From: an uncultured Clostridium sp.
GTDB lineage: Bacteria > Bacillota_I > Bacilli_A > RF39 > UBA660
Reading direction: 5' to 3'
Assembly (NCBI GenBank): GCA_902493795.1
Contig: CABUQZ010000005.1
Coordinates: 384 to 64,383, forward strand
DNA length: 64,000 nucleotides
Part shown: in pieces, positions 19,349 through 28,449 of the stretch
Layout: every line of letters starts with the position of its first letter
How positions within the stretch are numbered: position 1 is the first letter of the stretch
The notes under the pieces: generated by a model
Told to the model about the DNA's origin: nothing
The model's input: the letters and a program-made list of their open reading frames with translations, nothing else
Database searches by the model: none
Made by a program: the position numbers and the translations under genes

Positions 19349-20854
19349 TTACATTAATGGAGCAAATAGTCTTAATAAGCCTTGCCATATTCCTTTAATA
19401 ATAGATGGAGTTGCTTCTTTTTCTGTTACCTTATGAGATCGAGCTATTGTTTTAACTAAATCTTTTTTTACATTTTTAATCTCATCAACGTTTTCCATAT
19501 AGACACCACATTCAAAATGCAAATAAAGGCTTCGATAATCAAGATTAAATGTTCCAACAGTACAAACAGAGTCATCTGAAACAAAGACTTTAGAATGTAT
19601 AAATCCAGGAGTATAAGTATATATTTCTACTCCATTTTTTATTAAGCTTTCAAAAAATGATGAAGATAAGCTATAAACTATTTTTTTATCAGCAATCTTA
19701 GGAACGATTATTTTAACGTCTACCCCTCTTTTAGATGCTAATATAAGAGCTTTTTGAAGTTCCGAATCAAGTATCAAGTAAGGAGAAGAAATATATAAGT
19801 ATTTTTTAGATTGGTTAATAATATTTAAATAAATATTCTCTCCAACATAATCGCTATCAAGTGGATTATCACAGTAACATGAAAGATATCCATTATCTTT
19901 ATATTTTATACTATGATCGACATCATACTTAGTGTAATCTTCTTCATTTTCTTTATAAGCATTCCATAATGATAAGAACATTACAATAAAGTTATGTATT
20001 CCTTCACCCTTAATCATAATTCCATTATCTTTCCAATATCCAAAACGTTCTTTTTCATTTATATATTCATCTGCTAAGTTAATTCCTCCACAAAATGCAA
20101 CCCTTCCATCAATTATTGTAATCTTTCTATGATCACGATTATTCATTATTATTCCACGAAATGTTTTAACTTCGTTAAACACAACCGTTTTAATACCTTT
20201 GCTTTCAAGCTGTTCTGCAAAATCATTAGGCATTGGAGCAATACAACCAAAATCATCAAATATAAGTCTAACTTCTACCCCTTCTTTAACTTTTTTTTCA
20301 AGAATATCTAAAATAGTATTCCAAAATCTTCCTTTATCAATTCTAAAATACTCCATAAATATATATTTTTCTGCCTTATTTAATTCAATTTCCATCTGTT
20401 TAAATGTTTCTTCTCCAGTTGGAAAATATTTTACTTTATTGTTTTTAGTAACTGGAAAATTAGCAGATAATGCAAGATACTTAAGTTTATCTAAATTCTT
20501 ATCATCTAACTCATTAAGTATTTTTTCATCTTGAACATAATATCTTTTAGAATTAGCAACTTCTTTATTTACTTTTTTTAGCATTTTACTACTATGTAAA
20601 TCATTACCAATAAACAAATATAACATAGTTCCTGCTGCAGGAAATAATAATATTAAAACTATCCAAGGAAGATTAGAACTTAAACTTTTAGCATTCTTTA
20701 TAATTTCCAAGACAAGAAGAATACTTAAAACTGTATATATTATTTCAATTGCAGTAACTAGTTCACTAAAAAGAGTGCCTAAAGACATTACAAATACAAT
20801 TTGAAAAATAAAACTTAATAAAACTACTCCAAATCTTTTCTCACCAGGCGTCAT
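19349..20854 (-). CDS. cls: Cardiolipin synthase
   Basis: Two N-terminal TM helices and two HKD motifs (HRKITIIDGRVAFCGGINLADEY; HSKVFVSDDSVCTVGTFNLDYRS). Confidence 0.9.
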   Translation of the reverse strand: MTPGEKRFGVVLLSFIFQIVFVMSLGTLFSELVTAIEIIYTVLSILLVLEIIKNAKSLSSNLPWIVLILLFPAAGTMLYLFIGNDLHSSKMLKKVNKEVANSKRYYVQDEKILNELDDKNLDKLKYLALSANFPVTKNNKVKYFPTGEETFKQMEIELNKAEKYIFMEYFRIDKGRFWNTILDILEKKVKEGVEVRLIFDDFGCIAPMPNDFAEQLESKGIKTVVFNEVKTFRGIIMNNRDHRKITIIDGRVAFCGGINLADEYINEKERFGYWKDNGIMIKGEGIHNFIVMFLSLWNAYKENEEDYTKYDVDHSIKYKDNGYLSCYCDNPLDSDYVGENIYLNIINQSKKYLYISSPYLILDSELQKALILASKRGVDVKIIVPKIADKKIVYSLSSSFFESLIKNGVEIYTYTPGFIHSKVFVSDDSVCTVGTFNLDYRSLYLHFECGVYMENVDEIKNVKKDLVKTIARSHKVTEKEATPSIIKGIWQGLLRLFAPLM

Positions 20855-20932
20855 ATTACCACTTCCTTACATACCAGATACTAAAAAAATATCTATAAAT
20901 AATATAATATCGTTTGACATTTTTTACAACAT

Positions 20933-20956
20933 AAAAAGAATAGATTTCTCTATTCT
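20933..20956 (-). terminator. Rho-independent terminator after the serpin gene
   Basis: The minus strand reads AGAATAG-AGAAAT-CTATTCT followed by TTTTT. Confidence 0.55.
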
Positions 20957-20967
20957 CTTTCTACTCA

Positions 20968-22644
20968 TTAATATTGAATATCTTTTGTTTTATCGTTATC
21001 CCATAACATTGGTTTATAAACTGTTCCAGTAAACCATACTTCTCCAGTGTTTTTATCTCTTACAAGGAATAGATAAGGTTTATCAAATGTTATGTCGATT
21101 TTTTCAACAGGTACATCATAAAAATAATCAAAAGATGAACCAGCACCTAACCCACCAATCATAGGTGTAACAGCAGCAGCTTTAATACCATCTTGATTTA
21201 ACTCTATAACTGTTTTATGAGAAATTGATTCAATATAGGTTTTATCTTCACTAGTTAACAAGCCAAGATTAGCTTTATTTTTATCAAATACATCTGTAAT
21301 TCCTAGCTTTTTCAAATCATTTAATATATCTAATTGATAATCAAAACTAAATTTTGGAATAACTCCTTTAATTTCCGTTACAACTCCATCCTTAAAGTTT
21401 TCACTTTTAATATCTTTTAAATTACTAATTACTTTATTAAGGCTAACAGAGTCTAATTTATCAATATAAGTTGTTAGTTTTTCATTCTTAGGCATAACTG
21501 CAACATATTGTAATGTAACTCCATCATATTCTTTTAAGTCTTTTGCAAAAGCTTTAACATTATCATCTGTGTATACCATAAAGTCAGTAGTTTGATAACT
21601 CTTCTTATAATTTTTATTTATTTCATTTATATATGAATCCAAGTATTTTTTAACACCAGCATCCAAATTACCACTTTTTATTTCACTTTTTGTAAAACAA
21701 TAATCGTACTTATCATACCCCTGTGCGTTCTTACCAGATACATATGTTAAATATTCTGCTTCATCAGGATTTTCTTTAACCCATTTTTTCAAAGCATCCC
21801 CAACTGTTTTTCTTACATTTTCTTCTCCTAATGTTTTAACTAAATCATAATTATTAATTGAAGCGATTACTTGCATTCCAGATACTTTAGAAGAAAGATT
21901 TTCAAATGATAATTGTTTTAAAGTATACTCATAAACCCAAGAATATTTTTCATGTTCATAGTTTGCATATGAAGTATATGAGTATCCAGCTTCCAAAAAC
22001 TTATTTTTCCATTCCATATCAATAGCTAAAGCATTAATTAAAACAAATGAACTATCTTTACTTAAATTATCAACAGCACTATCGATTAAATTAAGTGTTT
22101 TACTCTTAGCCCAATTATTAATATTAGTAGGAGATTCAAACGAATCGTATATAACTTCAGCATTGTACTCTGTTTTTAGTCTCTCTGAATAATCAGTTTT
22201 AATTGTATTTTTCTTGTTATTATTAATAAACATTGCATTAGCTAAAGACATATGAGAACTATTTGTGTATTTTTTAGCTTTATAATCACCAATTAAAGCA
22301 TCAAGTTGCTTTCTAGAGTCTCCATCAGTTCCCTCTTTTAACATTGCTAAAGCATATTTTATTGAAAGCGGACTATAAGCCTTATTCTCTTCTTTATTTT
22401 CTATTTTAAGAAATTCGATATCAAAGTCTTCTAATCCATTACTCTTTATTCTGCTTTTATTTGCTATCTCTGCTTTATCTTTATTCTTTTCTTTTTTAGA
22501 ATCATCGTCTTTTCCTAGTAAGATCATTAGTAGTACAAAAATACCAATAATTAAAACCAAACAAATTATTATTATAGCTACAAGTCCTTTTTTACTTTTC
22601 TTAGGAGGAATAGCTACTTCATTATTTTTAACATCACTTTCCAT
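20968..22644 (-). CDS. Membrane-anchored serpin-family protease inhibitor
   Basis: N-terminal TM helix (LVAIIIICLVLIIGIFVLLMILLG). Serpin start is YSPLSIKYALAMLKEGTDGDSRKQL. A hinge/RCL-like QDGIKAAAVTPMIGG is present. The C-terminus is FDKPYLFLVRDKNTGEVWFTGTVYKP. Confidence 0.8.
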   Translation of the reverse strand: MESDVKNNEVAIPPKKSKKGLVAIIIICLVLIIGIFVLLMILLGKDDDSKKEKNKDKAEIANKSRIKSNGLEDFDIEFLKIENKEENKAYSPLSIKYALAMLKEGTDGDSRKQLDALIGDYKAKKYTNSSHMSLANAMFINNNKKNTIKTDYSERLKTEYNAEVIYDSFESPTNINNWAKSKTLNLIDSAVDNLSKDSSFVLINALAIDMEWKNKFLEAGYSYTSYANYEHEKYSWVYEYTLKQLSFENLSSKVSGMQVIASINNYDLVKTLGEENVRKTVGDALKKWVKENPDEAEYLTYVSGKNAQGYDKYDYCFTKSEIKSGNLDAGVKKYLDSYINEINKNYKKSYQTTDFMVYTDDNVKAFAKDLKEYDGVTLQYVAVMPKNEKLTTYIDKLDSVSLNKVISNLKDIKSENFKDGVVTEIKGVIPKFSFDYQLDILNDLKKLGITDVFDKNKANLGLLTSEDKTYIESISHKTVIELNQDGIKAAAVTPMIGGLGAGSSFDYFYDVPVEKIDITFDKPYLFLVRDKNTGEVWFTGTVYKPMLWDNDKTKDIQY

Positions 22645-22727
22645 ATTATAACCTCCGTATTTTCTAGTAAATTATAACATTACTTTGATGTTTGTTCAAT
22701 AACTCCATTACTTTTTATTTAGTAGAT

Positions 22728-23207
22728 TTAATTAAGTATGGCTATCATTATATTTAAGTATCCTGCAAATGTAGTCCACAAAATATAAGGAATCAATAAA
22801 TAAAATGCATTTTTATCAACTCTTTTTGCATAATACATAAGAGCTAGTATTAAACACCACATAATAAATAAAGAGAAAAAAGCAAAATAATAAGCTTTTA
22901 AGTTAAAAAATATAATACTCCAAAAAAAGTTAAACACTAATTGCACACCATAAAGTATTAATGCTTTATTTTTATCATCACTTTTTATATATTCGTTATT
23001 CTTATATATTAAATAACTTGCTATTCCCATAAGTATGTAAAGAATCGTCCACGCAACAGGAAAAAGCCATGTTGGTGGAGAAAAAAGCGGTTTATTAACC
23101 ATTTCAAAGTCATCCATTGCTCCATAAGTTAAGAAAGCAGAAACACCTCCAACAATAAGTGGAATAGCTATTGCAATAATTATTTTAAATATCTTATTCT
23201 TATTCAT
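22728..23207 (-). CDS. tspO: TspO/MBR tryptophan-rich sensory protein
   Basis: Five TM helices, with FSPPTWLFPVAWTILYILMGIA and Trp-rich loops. Confidence 0.85.
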   Translation of the reverse strand: MNKNKIFKIIIAIAIPLIVGGVSAFLTYGAMDDFEMVNKPLFSPPTWLFPVAWTILYILMGIASYLIYKNNEYIKSDDKNKALILYGVQLVFNFFWSIIFFNLKAYYFAFFSLFIMWCLILALMYYAKRVDKNAFYLLIPYILWTTFAGYLNIMIAILN

Positions 23208-23257
23208 CTAATCACCCATTATTATTTTATTAAGAATTAAGATATATATTCAAAAAA

Positions 23258-23662
23258 CTAAATATTTTTTATATCTAATACATCATCTATATCAATAGAA
23301 GTTTTATCACTTAGTATTAATTTTCTATAAATATAATCTATCTTAACAACAACAGTATCTTTATCACAGTATTGTCCGGTGTTTTTTTCTTTATTTTCTC
23401 TAAAGTATCTTATTAGTACTTTCTTATTTAAGCATTCTTTTAGCTTCTCATCTAAAAGAGCTTTTTCGTCATCTGATAAAATTACTTTTGAAAATTTTTC
23501 TTTTTCCTTTTCTTTTACCTCATCACCATATCCAGTTAATGCAGCAAAAGGAGCAAAAATAGCACTCCTATTATAAATACTCATTCTAACATGTTTGCTA
23601 CTAGGTTCATGGTGTGGCATATTAATGATATCTTCATAATTATTCACTTCTATGACCTCCAA
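23258..23662 (-). CDS. YolD-like protein (accessory to a Y-family polymerase)
   Basis: It lies immediately downstream of, and overlapping, the polymerase gene. MPHHEPSSKHVRMSIYNRSAIFAPFAALTGY resembles the YolD family. The start is uncertain: TTG at 23662, GTG at 23647 after GGAGG, or ATG at 23620. Confidence 0.55.
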   Translation of the reverse strand: MEVIEVNNYEDIINMPHHEPSSKHVRMSIYNRSAIFAPFAALTGYGDEVKEKEKEKFSKVILSDDEKALLDEKLKECLNKKVLIRYFRENKEKNTGQYCDKDTVVVKIDYIYRKLILSDKTSIDIDDVLDIKNI

Positions 23663-25139
23663 TTTCCATATTTCTTTCTATCATTGTAGCACCTTCTTCT
23701 AAGTCCATTCCTTTAAGTATAGAGTTTTTTCCATATTTAGCTTTTAGCTCTATTAATGTTTTTTGAATATTTCTTTCTTCTTTTTCCAGTTCCTTTTTCT
23801 TTTTCAAATCTTTATCGCACTCTTCTTGATCACTAAATAAATCAAATTGCTTATATATTTTATTTTCTACTATTTCTTCTTCTAAAGATAAATTACATAC
23901 AGCTATATTTATTCGTCTTACTAAAAGAATTGGATTAGCGATTCTATCGAAAAGTCTCATTAAATGTTCTGTTATTACTTTAGTAGAAGATGTTTTATGA
24001 TCAATTCTAATTGTTCCATGATCTGGCTTTGGTACACTTCTTCCATAATGATCTTTTTCAATTACCCCAGTATACATAGACATTATTTTATGATTTTTTA
24101 AATTACTAACATCATATCCAATAGTAAGTACAATAATATCTGTTAAAAATCCCTTTTTTACCATATCAAGAGTTAACACCTCTGCCATTTCTCTTACTAT
24201 TAGTCTTGTTTTATCATAAGAATATGGTTCTTTTAAAACTTGTCCTTGTGAAAGACTCGTTGTTGTAGGTTTGTAGTTCTTAACATCTTTTAAAGTACAA
24301 GGTTCGTATCCCCAAGCATGATCAATTATAAGTTCAGCATTTACCCCAAACATTTTATATAAATCATCCTCATTAGTTAAAGAATACCTAGCAATATCTC
24401 CCATTGTATAAAGTCCTAAAGTCTTTAATCTACTAGAAAGACCTCTTCCTATTCTCCAAAAGTCAGTCAAAGGCTCATAAGACCACAATCTTTTTCGGTA
24501 ACTCATTTCATCAAGAAAAGAAATTCTTACTCCATTTTCTGAAGGATCACAATGTTTAGCATCAATATCCATAGCTATTTTAGCAAGATACAAATTAGTT
24601 CCAATACCACCAGTTGCAGTTATTCCTGTTTGCTTATAAACATCTGTAATAATCATTGAAACTAACTCTAAAGGAGTTTTCTTATAAAGCTTTAAGTAAT
24701 TAGTAATATCACAAAAAACCTCATCTATAGAGTAAGCAAAGATATCATCTTTAGATAAATATTTAAGATAAATACTATAAATATCTGTACTGTACTTCAT
24801 ATAAAGAGCCATTCTAGGAGGAGCTATTATATAGGAAAGCTCCAAATCATTATTTTTCAAATCTTCACTATTATATGATTTTCCAATAAAATCTCTATTG
24901 TTGTTTTTTTTCTTTCTTATAAGATTTACTTCTTTAACTTTTTGTACCACTTCATAAAGTCTAGAACGTCCTGAAAGTCCATAAGCTTTTAACGATGGTG
25001 TTACAGCAAGACAGATTGTTTTCTCTGTTCGAGATGAATCAGCAACAACTAAATTCGTAGCAAGTGGATCAAGCTTTCTTTCAACACATTCACAAGAAGC
25101 GTAAAAACTTTTTAAATCAATACAAGCATAATATCTCAT
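23640..25139 (-). CDS. Y-family (UvrX/ImpB/DinB-like) translesion DNA polymerase
   Basis: MRYYACIDLKSFYASCECVER...ICLAVTPSLKAYG...SIDEVFCDIT. A C-terminal QFDLF clamp-binding-like motif is present. The start is set to the ATG after GGAGGGAGGAG. Confidence 0.85.
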   Translation of the reverse strand: MRYYACIDLKSFYASCECVERKLDPLATNLVVADSSRTEKTICLAVTPSLKAYGLSGRSRLYEVVQKVKEVNLIRKKKNNNRDFIGKSYNSEDLKNNDLELSYIIAPPRMALYMKYSTDIYSIYLKYLSKDDIFAYSIDEVFCDITNYLKLYKKTPLELVSMIITDVYKQTGITATGGIGTNLYLAKIAMDIDAKHCDPSENGVRISFLDEMSYRKRLWSYEPLTDFWRIGRGLSSRLKTLGLYTMGDIARYSLTNEDDLYKMFGVNAELIIDHAWGYEPCTLKDVKNYKPTTTSLSQGQVLKEPYSYDKTRLIVREMAEVLTLDMVKKGFLTDIIVLTIGYDVSNLKNHKIMSMYTGVIEKDHYGRSVPKPDHGTIRIDHKTSSTKVITEHLMRLFDRIANPILLVRRINIAVCNLSLEEEIVENKIYKQFDLFSDQEECDKDLKKKKELEKEERNIQKTLIELKAKYGKNSILKGMDLEEGATMIERNMEIGGHRSE

Positions 25140-25249
25140 AGCTCCTCCCTCCATTAAATAAGATAACACTTTTTTATACAAAATGCAAGAACATTTGTTC
25201 GACTATAACAAAAAAAATAAAAACGCAAAACTTTAATAAAGTAAGCATT

Positions 25250-25939
25250 TTATTTATATTTTAATATTCTAATAATATATTTAGAGCTTTTCGTATTTTT
25301 TAAAATTGAATGATATTTAAATTTACCAAACTTTCTAATACTAAAAACATCATTTTCTTTTAATACATAAGAAGATTTAGAACATATTTCATAATTTATT
25401 ACTACTTCTTTTTCTTTAATCTTTTCTAAAGTTATTTTACGCGAAAGATTACACACACTTGATACAACATTATCAATTCTAAGACTTGATACAATAACAT
25501 CAATAATGTCATATTCTCTTTTATAATCTTTTAATGTATCAAAAGAAACTTCAGAAATTTTAACTGAAGATTTACCAACCATAGTAAGATTATCCAAAAG
25601 AAAATCCCCAATTTCATTAAAAGCATACAAATAAAAACTACCACGAAAAAGCACTATATCTCCAAAATAAGAAGGATTAATTTGTAAAGCAAACAAACTT
25701 CCAAGTATATCTTGATGTCTAATTTCAAAATAACTATCAATTTTAAATAATCTTATCTTAGGTAATTTATCACGATAAAGAATTACTTTATCTGAATCAG
25801 GATAAACATTAAATATTTTATAATCACTCTTTTTTATTTTGCCTTTAATACAATTTAATTCTTTTAAGTCGAGAAATAAAGTACTATCCCCTCTTAATAA
25901 ACGCTCTATAGAATTGTTAATCTTATAATAATCAATCAC
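25250..25939 (-). CDS. YlmH-like S4-domain RNA-binding protein
   Basis: A C-terminal S4-like segment: LRIDNVVSSVCNLSRKITLEKIKEKEVVINYEICSKSSYVLKENDVFSIRKFGKF. Confidence 0.6.
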   Translation of the reverse strand: MIDYYKINNSIERLLRGDSTLFLDLKELNCIKGKIKKSDYKIFNVYPDSDKVILYRDKLPKIRLFKIDSYFEIRHQDILGSLFALQINPSYFGDIVLFRGSFYLYAFNEIGDFLLDNLTMVGKSSVKISEVSFDTLKDYKREYDIIDVIVSSLRIDNVVSSVCNLSRKITLEKIKEKEVVINYEICSKSSYVLKENDVFSIRKFGKFKYHSILKNTKSSKYIIRILKYK

Positions 25940-27387
25940 TGTAAATTACCTTTTTTCTTCTTAACATAACTATCATCAAATGTAAAATGATGAGTATTAA
26001 GATAATTAAGGATACCAAGAATATCATACTTATCCAAATTCTCAGTAATATGAACCATATCTTTATTTGTTTTTTCGTTATAATTATCAAGACAATTATA
26101 AGCAAGTAAAGTACCAAATAGATACTGACACCCATCAAAGAAGAATGATCCATTTTCTACATAGAATATAATTTTACTATCAATACTAGTATCTAATATC
26201 TTTTTTAAAGAAGAAAAATCACTTTCATTAGATTTATCTTTTTCTTTATCACAATAGTTATCACCTAAATTATTATAATATTCATATAAAATTTGAGGAG
26301 TAATCGCTCCTTCTTTTAAATATATCATAAGATCGATAAAAAAAGGAGACAAGCAAGTAAAAATACGTTTATTATCTAAATCTCTAGAATATAATACATT
26401 TTTTAAAGTATCATCACCATATCCCTTTTTAATAAGAAAATCAGCTGCAACATTTTCAAAATATATTGAAGGAAATTCAAGTAAAAGAAATGATGGATTT
26501 TTATTTTCACATGAAATATAATGAGCAAATTCATGAGCAAGACTAGTAAAAGAACTTAAACTACCATCACTACTAACTCTTATTTTTGTTACACCATCAG
26601 CGTCATCAATAAAATACTGGGATTCATTATCTTCGTTCATTTCTTCAAAAACTATTCTATTTTCTTTAAGAAGTTTAACAAAATCATCTTTCCAATTAGA
26701 TGCACCTATATAATCTAAAAATTCTAAAAACATTTTTATAAAATCATCGAAAGATAATTTATCCACATTAATATCTTTATGATTAATAAAAGAATTATTA
26801 TCGCTTAAAAACTCTTCCAAAAACTCAACATATAAATCTTGAAGATTATCGTAAAATGAAAAATTGTTAACTTTTAAAGATGATAAAGCAGTTTTACACA
26901 AAAAATTATAGACATTGTATCGTTCATTTTCTTTTACCCAACCAAGCATTTCTTCTTCACTAGAGATCTTTAAAAATGAAGAAAATTCTTTAAATTGTTC
27001 TGGTAATTTAAAACGTTTTAAAGCTACAGCAAGATAAAGTAAATTTTCATCAAGTCCATCTAAATCAAAAAATGAATTATCTTCTTCGCCTGCTTTTTTA
27101 ACAAGCTTAGCATAATATAAAATTGGTATTGCATTTTCTTTAAGCAAAACTTTAAGCTCTTCATTTTGAGTTAACCTCATAAAAAAATTATCAAAAAACG
27201 AATCAAAATCATCTATATGAAATCCACAGTCATCTATTTCATCTTTGTTATCTAAAATTAAATTAAAATAGCCAAAATATAAAAATAAAAAGGAATATCT
27301 TTCAATAATTTTTAGAATTCTATTTATATCTTTTAGATAACTATCTGTATATTTAATGTTTATACCATCAATGGTAATGCTCTTCAT
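25936..27387 (-). CDS. Hypothetical protein with an HExxH motif; possibly a degenerate M3-like zinc metallopeptidase
   Basis: SLAHEFAHYIS is followed 13 residues later by LLEFPSIYFE, a possible third ligand. The N-terminal ~270 aa are unrecognised. The stop overlaps the ylmH-like start by 4 nt. Confidence 0.4.
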   Translation of the reverse strand: MKSITIDGINIKYTDSYLKDINRILKIIERYSFLFLYFGYFNLILDNKDEIDDCGFHIDDFDSFFDNFFMRLTQNEELKVLLKENAIPILYYAKLVKKAGEEDNSFFDLDGLDENLLYLAVALKRFKLPEQFKEFSSFLKISSEEEMLGWVKENERYNVYNFLCKTALSSLKVNNFSFYDNLQDLYVEFLEEFLSDNNSFINHKDINVDKLSFDDFIKMFLEFLDYIGASNWKDDFVKLLKENRIVFEEMNEDNESQYFIDDADGVTKIRVSSDGSLSSFTSLAHEFAHYISCENKNPSFLLLEFPSIYFENVAADFLIKKGYGDDTLKNVLYSRDLDNKRIFTCLSPFFIDLMIYLKEGAITPQILYEYYNNLGDNYCDKEKDKSNESDFSSLKKILDTSIDSKIIFYVENGSFFFDGCQYLFGTLLAYNCLDNYNEKTNKDMVHITENLDKYDILGILNYLNTHHFTFDDSYVKKKKGNLQ

Positions 27388-27630
27388 ACAAGTCCCCCAA
27401 AACAGAGCATATTATAATACAATAATCTAAAAAAACAATAAAAGTCCACTACCTATTTATTCTTAAATGCTACCAAAATTCAAATATTTAATTTTTTTTA
27501 ACAATAAAATGCATAAATTTAAAAAAGTGATATTTGACTTTCAAAAAAATGTTAGAAATATATATTTTAAAATAAAAGTTACAAAAAATACGTTATCACT
27601 AATTTAACCAAACAATAAGATCATAAAATA

Positions 27631-28341
27631 TTACTTTTTATTTGATAATTTTTTGGTTTTCCCCTCATTATACAAATATTCTTCAATATGAATTTGATGT
27701 CCTATATCATTAACATCATCTATATTTTGCATGTTATTATACATTCTCATAAATATTATATTGAATGGAGCATATGAACTGCCAGAATTACGAAATCTAA
27801 TTGGTATATAACCTGGATTATGAAAGTCTTTGTCATACCCTTCTATATATTGTTGAGTATAAAATTCTATTTTAAATGTATTTTTCTCCTTTTTTATTTT
27901 CAAAATATTAGATACTTTATGAGCAGTTTCATCAGAATACCAGGTTATAGTTTTGCTATTTTCATCAAATAATTCGTTGTAATTAGAATAATTATATAAT
28001 CGATATCTCATTTTATCCTCAAGAACTTGTTTTCTACGATTTTCTAAATACTCAAGTTTTTCTTTATCGTCTTCAATATAAAAAGGAACATCATCTTCAA
28101 AATCAAATATTTCTATATTTTTTATATCATTATATAACTGTTCGAATAATCTATATACAAAATAATTTTCCTTTGTAATAACAAAAAACTCATATTTATT
28201 ATCACTATTTACATCTACATTTCTATTATGAATTGTCCAATATAAGTCCCCATTACCTCCAAAACAAAAAGCAAGATATTTTTCATTTTCTAGAAAAAAA
28301 ACAGTTAAACCAAATTCATCATTTTTCTTTATAACTTTCAT
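27631..28341 (-). CDS. Hypothetical protein (236 aa), no recognised domain
   Basis: A clean ORF with a GGAG RBS and its own promoter and flanks. It is Tyr/Asn/Glu-rich and has no TM helix. Confidence 0.6.
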   Translation of the reverse strand: MKVIKKNDEFGLTVFFLENEKYLAFCFGGNGDLYWTIHNRNVDVNSDNKYEFFVITKENYFVYRLFEQLYNDIKNIEIFDFEDDVPFYIEDDKEKLEYLENRRKQVLEDKMRYRLYNYSNYNELFDENSKTITWYSDETAHKVSNILKIKKEKNTFKIEFYTQQYIEGYDKDFHNPGYIPIRFRNSGSSYAPFNIIFMRMYNNMQNIDDVNDIGHQIHIEEYLYNEGKTKKLSNKK

Positions 28342-28361
28342 ACAACAACTCCATTACAAGT

Positions 28362-28390
28362 ATTATGTAACATTTACTAACAATTTTCAA
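28362..28390 (-). promoter_or_regulatory. Sigma-A-type promoter for the 236-aa orphan gene
   Basis: The minus strand reads TTGAAA, a 17-nt spacer, then CATAAT. It sits between the copA terminator and the ORF. Confidence 0.5.
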
Positions 28391-28405
28391 TATTTTTCAA
28401 ACAAA

Positions 28406-28431
28406 GAAAAAACCAACTATCTAAAGTTGGT
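28406..28431 (-). terminator. Rho-independent terminator after copA
   Basis: The minus strand reads ACCAACT-TTAGAT-AGTTGGT followed by TTTTTT. Confidence 0.6.
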
Positions 28432-28449
28432 CTACCATATAATATCTTC

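Noticed and set aside
25932-26153. Same-strand, out-of-frame nested ORFs: 25932-26153, 39403-39600, 39610-39864, 41373-41624, 41940-42128, 52924-53151, 56175-56462 and 59434-59676.
   Set aside because: They are embedded in, or overlap, stronger genes in another frame. Their translations are Leu/Ile/Lys-rich with no motifs, so they are most likely chance ORFs.
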